From assembly GCA_043228905.1 (NCBI GenBank), contig JBHGNT010000003.1, positions 806,001-870,000 of the forward strand: a DNA stretch of 64,000 bases, written 5' to 3'. A program made the position numbers and the translations under genes. This DNA is from Azolla caroliniana. Taxonomy: Eukaryota > Plantae > Polypodiophyta. Of this stretch, positions 28,332 to 38,699 are shown piece after piece (position 1 is the stretch's first letter; every line of letters begins with the position of its first letter). The notes beneath the pieces were generated by a model that was not told the origin of the DNA, ran no database searches, and saw nothing but the letters and a program-made list of their open reading frames with translations.

Positions 28332-28800
28332 TGTCACAGGTGCTTATGGGTTTGTCCTAAATTCCTAGGGTTAATTGGTTTCTTGAGTATCCTACCATTA
28401 ACTTATTAAAAACTGGTAACATTTCGTGAGAGAGCAACATGTACATTGACGATTTTGTAGGTTTCGGTCGGCCCACTTGACTTGAACCTAAGACTTGTCA
28501 GCACCAAATTTAATCTGACCAATGATTTTGAGCCACCCCACACATATTATTCATCTCAACCACTCTAACTAAACTTGGCCTTACATTTGCCATCACCGAC
28601 CAGATACTGCACCGGAGACGCTCACGATCAAACTCATAGAACCTCATACCCACTTACTTAGTAATGAAACTATTGTAGATGGTCTAACCTTCAACCTTTC
28701 TAAGTTTGGTCAACATTTAACATGACCAATGATCATGTGCCCATCAACATGCACACATTGTGGACTCTCGATCAGATGCGCCAATTATTCATAGGTAACA
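28332..28800 (-). mobile_element. putative LTR of the decayed Gypsy-like element
   Basis: TGTCACA ... GGTAACA termini next to the PBS-like motif. No partner LTR is visible in the window. Confidence 0.25.
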
Positions 28801-28813
28801 ATCGACTAGTAAA

Positions 28814-29552
28814 AAGCAAGCTCACTTTCCATTGATCTTTCAAAACACTGGGTCTCCACTTGGGCAGTTTGTGGTGATATGATGCTATCAAAACCGAACC
28901 ATTTAAAATTCTAGAAACTTGAACCTAACCATTAATTTTTTCCAAACCGTTAAGCCATTAAACCGGTAAAACTGCGGTTTCATGGTTCAGTTTTGGTTTT
29001 CAACTTAGGTCAAAATTTAAATTTTAAAATTTTAAAAATTTCATTATTTAAGTTTTCAAATTTTTAAAGATTTTCCTAAAATGTGAGAATAAGGCATGAA
29101 AATGAAAAGATTGATCTTTCAAGCAAGCTCACTTTCCATTGATCTTTCAAAACACTGGGTCTCCACTTGGGCAGTTTGTGGTGATATGATGCTATCAAAA
29201 CTGAACCGTTTAAAATTCTAGAAACCTGAACCGAACCATTAATTTTTTTCCAAACCGTTAAGCCATTAAACCGGTAAAACTGTGGTTTCATGGTTCAGTT
29301 TTGGTTTTCAACTTAGGTTAAAATTAAAATTTAAAAATTTTAAAAATTTCGTTATTTAAGTTTTCAAATTTTTAAAGATTTTCCTAAAATGCGAGAATAA
29401 GGCATGAAAATGAAAAGATTGTTTAAAAACAATTTTAAAAAAAAAAAAACCCGTTAAAACTATTGTTTCTAACGGTTGAAACCGAACCGTTAAAAAAAAA
29501 TCTGAACCGAACCGTTTAAACCGTTAAGCCGCGGTTCCGATTGTTAACATTG
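28814..29552. mobile_element. 307-bp tandem duplication overlapping a non-autonomous hAT-like element rich in AAACCG/CGGTT
   Basis: 28814-29120 is repeated at 29121-29421. Many AACCG subterminal motifs are present. The ends 'gatgctatcaaaaccgaacc' and 'ggttccgattgttaacattg' are imperfect inverted repeats. No TSD. Confidence 0.5.
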
Positions 29553-29763
29553 CCATGGGACAATTAAGCCATTTGTTATGGAAAAACAGAACCTCTTGGT
29601 CATAAACAAAACTGCTTTGCAAAAACCACTTATTATTACAAGTTACAACAAAACCATATTTGATAGAAAACTGCTTTGCAATACAACAAAACCATGTTTT
29701 GTAAAATAGCAAAAAACCACTACTCTTTACTTACTATAGCAAAGAGGCATCTCTGAATTGTGG

Positions 29764-29794
<31 letters not shown>

Positions 29795-29853
29795 CTTTGA
29801 AGCCATCAGAGAATTACCACCAGAAGAAGCAAAACAGAGAGGGCACATAAGCC

Positions 29854-32448
29854 ATGGATGAAGATCTTGCTTTTGCTCAAGCCCTTCAAGAACAGGTCTG
29901 AGTTTTGCCTTCTTCCTTTTGTTATCTTCATATGAGATGATCCATTTTTGCTCACTTGTTTTTCATGCGCGTCTGTAAATCTTTAGAATGCAATGAGGTG
30001 TAGTTATTAATGATCACAGTCTTCTTCGATAACCTGTTGCTTTCCGAAATGAAATCCACATTCAAAACCTTTTTGTTGTTCAGCAATTTGCTCCTTTCAT
30101 TGGATTTTTAACATACATAGGATTCTCGTACGTAAACTTTTTGTTTCTTATCACCGTGATCCCTTTTTTGAGAGTTCTAACGATCTTTTCATTTGTTTTA
30201 AGGGTTTAACATAGAATTCTCATCTTAACGTATTTTTGTTAACTGAGCATATTTTAAGCTCTTACGGGTAGCAATGATCCATACTTTTACTCCTTTGGTA
30301 AAAGATTTAAGACAAAAACAATACACAATTACACATTTTTAAGGGTTTAAGACATAAAAATACACATCTATAGTCTTTATTGCTCTTTAATAGCGCTCTT
30401 CTTTTGTTGAAGGATTTTATTAAACCATTAAGACGCTTACCTGTGATACATTTTTGTTTCTTAACAAGATTTCTCATGGTATGCGTGTAGGAAAGGGCTC
30501 AGATGTGGTCACATTTCCAGAGTTCTTCTGATCATTTTCAGTCATTTGATGGACGAGGAAGTAGTAGTTCTTACATATTTACAGATTTCCACGATCTCAA
30601 AAGTTCTTTACAGATGAGGAGGGATGAAGCGCTTGCTCGGGCATTGCAAGATGCTGATGATCAAGAACAATTTATGATCATGCTTCAAGAATGTATGCCT
30701 TTCAGGGTTATAATTTTAGGGTGAAAACACCACAAACACTCCTCACTTGTTGGTATTTAAGTAAACAATCCCAAAGTAGCTAAAACGAGAAGAATACCCC
30801 ATTGTAGTAGGAAAGGTTGTGAGAAACAGATACTCTTGGTAAAAGCTAGGGGTATTCTGGTAAAACCCCAACAATTTATGAATACTTTTTTGTATTTTTG
30901 TTAATTCTCATAAATCTGCTCTTTTCCCTAGTAGCTCGCACTACATAATCATAACTCTTAATTCTTGGCTTGTCAATGCAGCGGATGAGATACCGGTGAT
31001 GGAAATACAAGGTAGACAGGTATTTGAGATATCAAATTCATAAATTTGATGTATCATTCTTTCATCTGAATTCTTCAGATATATTTGGTTGAATTTGGTT
31101 ACACTGCTTGTGCATGATGCTGTGATTTTAGCTGGACATAATGAACAGACAAATATGAATACTAATTCTAGTTCATTGCTAAAATTAGCACTAGACCACT
31201 GTCAATTAGGGTTACAGCCATGCATGCTTAATAGCAATAGGTTGATTAGTGATGATAACAAGAAGATTACGATGAAGTAGATTCATATTGAATCTAAATC
31301 ACAGCTAACCTCCAATGGATTTAAGATTAAAACAATCCATGCTTAGCTAGGCAAAATAACAATAGTTTAGTAATAGATGATATGACTTGGAGATTACACA
31401 AAGTAGAAGATTTCTATATATCACTTAATATGAATAGAACTTGTACACACAGAACTAATTCAAGGAGAATATAGAATCAACTTTGCAGTTCTATTCTCCA
31501 ACTTGTTTTCATTGAATTATGTCTATATTTTACATAGACATTTGAGCACGATCAAATGCTAATGTGAAGCTATGGTTTCTCAATTTCCAGGATGATGTTG
31601 ATCCTGATGGAATGACCTATGAGGTTTGGCTATATCCTTTCCTTGATAAAATGCAATACTAAAGCACAGTGGGTTTCGTAGGTTGGGACCATTGTGTGAA
31701 TAAAATGACTTGAAACCTATAAAAAAAGGAATAGAATGTTAAGGTGACTTTTGTGCTCATGTTCTTTATTTACATAATGGTGTAACAAGAGCATAGAGAT
31801 GATATACTAGACACAAGATATTTCTTAGCATATCTTTAAAACTGATGATGGATCAGTTTGATGTTTAATTAGCAACTGATGGCGTTGAGTGATGCATTGG
31901 GTACGCAAAATGTCGGTCTTACCCCTGATGAGATCAGCATGCTCGAAACCAAAAAGTTCAAGAATTGTGGTCTCAAGAACAAGAAGGATGAACAGTAAGT
32001 GTTTTGTGTGATCTCAGAATGTTTCCAACTAGTTTGTATATATTTTATTGGCAAAAGGAAAGGAATCCAAGTATATACATTTTCCTTCAACTATTAAAGA
32101 AATCTAAGTATATACATTCTCCTTATACTGCATGCTTGCATAACTGACATAATCATCAAATCAAGTGGAGCGTTTCATTTTTTCGTGCACTTCAAAAAAA
32201 ATGTTTTGGTTTTTCTAGATGTGTGATTTGCCAACAAATATTCGACAAACGAGGTTATGTGATTGTATTGCCATGCAAACATGTGTATCATACAGATTGC
32301 ATCCGACAATGGCTAGAAATCAGAAAGGTAAAGTCATGGAGATAGTAAAATCCTATGAGTCACAGTGAAGTTTAACGTTTTCAAGCAAAACATTGTTTGT
32401 TTACAGGTGTGCCCAATATGCAATATTGAGGTGGTGATTGGCAAATGA
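29854..32448 (+). CDS. BBR: BIG BROTHER-related RING-H2 E3 ubiquitin ligase, 7 exons, 195 aa
   Basis: Exons 29854-29895, 30491-30692, 30982-31019, 31591-31623, 31873-31994, 32219-32327 and 32407-32448, all GT-AG, joining to 588 nt in frame. Protein: MDEDLAFAQALQEQER...DEALARALQDA...DVDPDGMTYEQLMALSDALGTQNVGL...CVICQ...[29 protein letters not shown], with BB/BBR hallmarks and a C3H2C3 RING. Confidence 0.9.
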
Positions 32449-32961
32449 AAGTAAAATATTATGTTATTCATCATAAAAGTTCTGTTTCTTTATTGAGATG
32501 TGATACGTTATGTTGCCTTGCATGGAATGCTTTTTTAGTATTCAAATGTAAGGGAAATTTGTGTATAGATGTAGCTATATATATAGCAGTATGAGTGTCC
32601 GTCAATATCTTAATATAATTCAGCTTGTACCTTAACAAGTTTTTGTTCTTCATATACTCATTGAAATGAAGCTCTTAGCCTGGTCTCTTAACATATGACT
32701 AGATCAATAAAGCAAGCATCAAGTCTTGATCAAAGGTTAGATATATCCGAGTATTGACATTTTACATAGTCGATTACTTTGAACTATGAAACAAAAATAT
32801 GCCTAACAATCTAGACACTTTTGTGCACCAACAAAATCAACAATTTCTTTTGACATGTACAAATTCAATACCTGTTTGTGCATCGTCATCCCTTACCACT
32901 TCCTATTACTTATCCCAATCACTGTTATAAATAAACATAATTATTACAAAGTAGAAGTTAC

Positions 32962-33232
32962 ATGACACTCTAAAATATTAGATTGGCAATGGTTTGTGAA
33001 GCATCATCTGTTTACAAAGTACAATGCAGCTTACACAATTTTTAATATCATTCGTGAAAAGTATGCATGCTGCCATGAACTTTCAGGAAAAGTACGCAAT
33101 GACACTCAAAATATGAGATGGGCAATGGTTTGTGAAGCATAATTGTTTCATGGTAAAATGCAGGTTACACAATTTATAGAATTGTTCATCAAACGTATGA
33201 ATGCTGCCATGCACTTTCAGGAAAAGTATGCA
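32962..33232. repeat. about 138-bp diverged tandem duplication
   Basis: 'atgacactc..aaatat..gat.ggcaatggtttgtgaagcat...tgctgccatg.actttcaggaaaagta' occurs twice. Confidence 0.7.
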
Positions 33233-33689
33233 ATAATGTAGGGAAGTACTAGAAAAGAATTGAACTTTTTTGGAGCAATGAGCACCTAGATCCCTTTTTG
33301 ATAATTTGGAACCTTTTGTTTGAAGCAATGAAGTGAAGAAATGAATGAGGGCATGTGAGGCACTGGAAGATAGCAATTTGATTATTGATATTTTGGAGTG
33401 AGACATGCAAAGGAATGAGTTCACACATTGTTGAATGCACTTGATAGTGACATGCATTTGTCTTCATCTAAATGTAAAGGCAAGTGTAGGTTTAATATGA
33501 GCTTAGTTATTTCATGTTTCAACTTGATTATTTCTTTTAGTTTGAGTTTGATATGTCAATTTTAACTATGAAAAAAGGTGATAGATTATGAGAAACTTAG
33601 AATTCTATAATACTATTTCTTAGACTCAAACCATGATCATTTCAATCATATAAACACTAGAATGAGAGTGATCATGCAATAGAACACTT

Positions 33690-34042
33690 AATAGAATAGA
33701 ATAGAATTTTTAATATCCATGAGGAGGGTATTTTTGACCTATGGAATCCATCTGAATAAGGGGGTTTACAACACAACTAATGCACCCACAGATGCTCACA
33801 CTTCTTGGTGGACATTTGAGTATGAAATTATCATACTCATGAATTACCATATACATCGAGCATTCAAGAAGATAGTGATATTAATCCTCAACTAGGTTTT
33901 CATTGCATACCTTGCATATCTCATACTAGAGTGATGGTGCCATGATGTTACCTCAACACCTAACTTGTGTGAGCAAGCTCGGAGAAGTGTTAGCTTTTAA
34001 GGCTATCTAAGAGCCAATGCTAATGGGGGTAGTAAGAATACT
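33690..34042 (-). mobile_element. short 5'-truncated LINE 3' fragment with an (ATTCT)n tail
   Basis: 33890-34040 is a diverged copy of 34325-34470 (actaggttttcattgcatac...caacacctaacttgtgtgagc). It ends in an (AATAG)3 run at 33690-33707. Confidence 0.55.
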
Positions 34043-34059
34043 AGAGAGAGAGAGAGAGA

Positions 34060-36483
34060 GTAGAATATAATGGTATAGAAATATTATCATCTGTGATGAC
34101 GCCAATTTTGATCCATGGGACCAAATCGACATATCATCTTGTATGTGACTCCTTCCTAAGAAAGGGGTTACTACTCTGTAGTAAAAACTCTCATATGTGC
34201 TCACTCTTCTCCGTGGAAATTTGAGTATGATGCTCACATTATCATGCCGAGTTAAGAAGTTATCATATTTCTCACGAATTACCTTATATGTTGAGCATGT
34301 GATAAGTAAGTGATACTCATCCTCCACTAGGTTTTCATTGCATACATGGCATATCTTCATGTTTGCGCAATGATGCCATGATGCTACATCAACACCTAAC
34401 TTGTGTGAGCGAGTTCAACAAAGTGTTAAGGTTCTTTGATAGCCAAGGCTCATAGGGGTAGTGAGATATGATCAGATAAATTTTGATAGTTTTCCCTTTA
34501 TTGGGGCAAGTATTGGGGGTCAACATTTGCAATGTAATATTCCAAATTTGACATTTGAGCATCTTGCCACTTCATCCTTTGTGCCTCTAGTAATCTATCC
34601 TCAATGATCACATACTTCATAGCATCACATGAGAGCTTGAGTAGATCTTTTACTCCCATCTCTTAAACCATTTCTTAATGTCAAGCACCTAGCCAAATGA
34701 GCAAATTTTGCTCTTATTAATTTTTTGTACTTTGCATACTATGTTCTAAGCTTGTTTGGGCCATCCTTGATTTCTATGGGCTAAGCACTTGTTTGTAAGC
34801 ACCACATGTATTGGTCCTCCCTTGTATGTAAATGTGGGGTAGTGTCTTGTTTGTATTGCTTTTATTGCCATCATTTTTGTTTTGTTCATGTTAACATTTA
34901 TCTCACTGATTTGAAAAAATGTATCCAAGACATAATCTAAGTAAGTGTTTATATTAGAATAAAACAACATCGTCAACATATAGGAGTATAAAAATAAGCT
35001 CATGCATGAGTTTTGGACCACCCAACCCTTCCTTTTTTACAACCTTGTTTTTTCTTTCTTCAAGTTCATCAATACATAGACCAAAGAGTGTGGGAGAGAG
35101 AGGGTGCTCTTGCTTGACCCCCATGTTGCTCAAAAAGTACTTCAAGAAACCACTATCCATTTTCAATTGGCACCTAGCTTGCTCATATGATTGTGCTACA
35201 ACTTCTCCGAATATTCTAGTTGCATTCCTATCTGTATCATTCTTTTTCAAAGCTCACCCCTTGGTACATTGTCAAAAGGCTTTCTTGAAGTTCACAAAAC
35301 AACAATATAGTCTTTTCCCTTGAAGTTGACTTTCTTCCTCTAAGTGTAATCAAATGATGAATAATTGAATGTTTTGGTCTAAAGCCTACTCGACCAAAAG
35401 TGTTTGTTTGGGATGATGTTCAACCCATGAGTTAATCTTTTGTTCCATGCTAGTGGTATATAACTTGGCCATAATTAAGCTAACATGATATTTTGAGAGT
35501 TGGATATCAAAATTTTATCTCCTCCTAATCCAATTCGTGAGTCAATCTTTCGAGAAACCTTACTTGATAGTTTGATCCATGATAGTTGTTATCCATTGAT
35601 GAGTTTGTGGTCTTGTCCATTTCAAGAGCTCAATTTTCATTACATTTGCATATGTTGCTTTGCCATTAAACATCTTTTTTTGCCCCTCTATTAATATCTT
35701 CAATACATATATGTACATACATGCATTACATGGTTTTTCAATACTCAATGTCATAGGCATTATCCCATCATGCATGTAAAGCTTACATACATATTTTTCC
35801 ATCTCTTCATTGTTGAAAACACCAATTATATCTCCCTTTTTGCCCTTGAGTTGTCCCAATGCTAACTTTGGTTAGAGTTTAAACATTTGTATTTTCTTCT
35901 TATTTTGCATTTGATTGCATTGTCTCTTCTTCCTCCTGCTCATTCTTCGATATTGCTACAATGTCAAGGCTTTCTCATGTTTATGTTTTGCAAGCTTGAC
36001 CATTTTTTATATGAGCCTTGTGTTCTTTATCAAACCAAACATTGCATAGGAAAGTAAGCATTCGATGACCACCTACGTGTGCACTAAACTATTGATACCA
36101 TACCTTAAGAACGACATCCTTCAAATATTGCTCCCAATTTGTTTTCACATCTTTACTAAGGGAGAAGTTCATGACATAACCTTCAACCTCATTTTAATAT
36201 AGATTAGCTTTTCCATAGTGAGATCACATAATGTATCTCTTCTCCTTTTGTACTCTAATGCATTGGTCAATGTGTGGGTTTTTCATTGCAATGTATAAGG
36301 GCTTGTGATCCAAGTAAGGTGACAATGGGCAAATACTAGATGTATTCATTATGAATAAACTACACTTCCACCAACACGTCAAAACATTTGTCATAAGAAA
36401 TGTGTGTACCATTCAGAATATACAAGTTTGGGTGTTTAAACATGAAGGCAAACAATAGCTCGAGATGATCCTTCCTCTAGCAT
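34060..36483 (-). mobile_element. degenerate non-LTR retrotransposon (LINE) ORF2: endonuclease C-terminus, RT and CCHC domain
   Basis: Minus-strand fragments in the correct order: 'LYILNG', 'DHKPL' (APE end), 'CNVWFDKE', 'MGVKQEHPLSPTLFGLCID', 'LLYVDDVVL', 'VNMNKTKMM', 'CHVCNENLVEDEYHLLITCSTY'. Many frameshifts and stops. Confidence 0.85.
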
Positions 36484-38149
36484 GAGAGAGAGAGAGAGTT
36501 TGTAAAACATTATATTTTAGCACGTATACTATTGCTTCTTTATGTAGCACATACCTTATCAATAAATGTGGTTTCACATGTATCATTACTATTTATTGGT
36601 CCTATAATATTAACGTCCTTGTGACCAATATAACTTGAAGCGTTACTATATATCTTTTTAAGAGGCCACAAATGGCCTATAAGACCAAACGAAGAGATTA
36701 CATCTTAAAATGATGTCTCATCTCCGAGAACAAATCGAAATTAATGTAAATAAGGTAAAAATGACTAGAGAACCTCATTATACATATGTGACATTTCAAG
36801 TTAGATGGATTGAATTTTTTTGTCTTCAAAATATATCTAACATAAGTTGATCCCAAATGGAAAGATCTGTGGAGCAAAGGAAGCGCATGCGATGGCGAGA
36901 GATAATGGCCTTTATTTGCTAATTACAAGGGTGGTGAGGTCATGGTCCACAAGGCAAGGCAAAGGGCTAAGTCTAGCTTTTGTGAGTGCTGAAAAAAGGC
37001 AAGTGGTGATGAAAAAGGTTCTCAAGATCATGATATACACATGTGTAGAGTCCACGGTCAATCATTTTAATGAATCAACCAATAAGCAACATTGTATAAT
37101 AGCAAAACGAGAATGGATGTAAAACATAACATTTGAAGTATGTTAAGTTGATACAAGCTAATGTTTGGCGTTTCTAGATAAACAATGGATATCTCCTTAT
37201 AGTACTTAAAGGTATTGGCTCGTGGTAATCTTTTCTATTTTCAATTTGGACATCTCCTAACAATATACTATTCCCATAAACTAAATCATTAAACTTGCTA
37301 AGCTCTTATGTGTAGAATAAAGTGAGAAAGAAAATTCGAGTATAGCACTAGATTATGTCATTTAATATCAATTATCATATCATTAAATTGGGGGGAGAAT
37401 CTTTAATCCACAACATGATGTTAGAGTGGAACTAAAGCTGGAGTCACATTCAACACTTAACACAACCAATTGATCATGTAGCCAAAGATTGAGCAATGAT
37501 GCGGTGAGCATAAAAGTGTTTGAGATGTGAAGGCTATTATTGAACAAGAAGAGTGTTGTTTTCTAATGACACAACAAATCAATATCTGAATGTAACTTTC
37601 CTTCATCCCCTAAATGCAAATTGTAGGGTTTCCTATAGTTCTTCATATGCTTTTGTCGATTGATTGACGAACAAGCTTTGTAGAATGTTCCCAAACCATT
37701 TATAAGAAGGTGGTGTGAAGTCCATTCCTTGATAGGTACAAGAATGTTAAGAGACGCTACCATGTCAATTGTCATAAGACCTAGTCACATGTTGAGAGTG
37801 GCAAAAGTAGACGAGTCTAAAACTAGAGCTACGACTGGGTACAATACAATGAATGGCCATTGAGAGCCAACAGAGGAGAAACATCCATTGACTCCTCAAA
37901 CTAGATGGTGTGTAACGAGGCGGACCAGGGCAACCATGGGATGATCACAACGAGCTCCTTGTCCCACAATCACATACCTACCTACACGAGGCGATGCGAA
38001 GACAGTTAGTGGAAAACACACACACAAAAAAAATAAAAAGATGAGACTGTCATAAGGCTCCACATAACACACACACACCAGTGCAGCAACAACATTCGTA
38101 TCCATATCCATGTCCATCCATCCCTTCGTGTTACACGATACACACGTGG

Positions 38150-38464
38150 ACACACACACGACACGACACGACACACACGATGAGTCAAGAGTCAAGAGTC
38201 AAGAGGAGTCCATATGAGGGGCTTGACAAGAAGAGAGAGAGAGACGATGAGTCAAGAGTCAAGAGTCAAGAGGAGTCCATATGAGGGGCTTGACAGGACA
38301 CACACACACACACACACAACACGACACACACGATGAGTCAAGAGTCAAGAGTCAAGAGGAGTCCATATGAGGGGCTTGACAAGAAGAGAGAGAGAGAGAG
38401 AGAGAGAATAGAATCTACATGTGTATGTAGAGAGAGATAGAGAGAGAATAGAATCCATGTGTAT

Positions 38465-38508
<44 letters not shown>

Positions 38509-38632
38509 CATTTCTACTGCCTGTGAATGTGAATGTATGTGATTGAGATATATAAATACTGTATTTCTACAGATAGATGGATGGACACACACACACACAC
38601 ACACACACACAGTCTCTCTCTCTCTCTTCCTC

Positions 38633-38668
<36 letters not shown>

Positions 38669-38699
38669 TCTGTCTCTGTTTCTCTGTTTCTTTCTCTCA
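38150..38699. repeat. minisatellite plus compound SSR immediately upstream of the CR4-like gene
   Basis: Three copies of 'gatgagtcaagagtcaagagtcaagaggagtccatatgaggggcttgaca' (~38179, 38246, 38333) separated by (AG)n/(CA)n, then (AG)n, (AC)n and (CT)n up to the ATG. Confidence 0.9.

Larger units (their letters stand above)
17860..28699 (+). repeat. copy 2 of the 10.84-kb direct duplication
   Basis: Begins at the gap edge with AAGGGAGGATA (= 6915) and ends TCAACCTTT (= 17759). The differences seen are a few SNPs and SSR/homopolymer length changes. Confidence 0.97.

Noticed and set aside
38179-38380. Repeat-spacer-repeat pattern resembling a CRISPR array
   Set aside because: Eukaryotic context, the spacers are plain SSRs, there are only three units and no cas genes.
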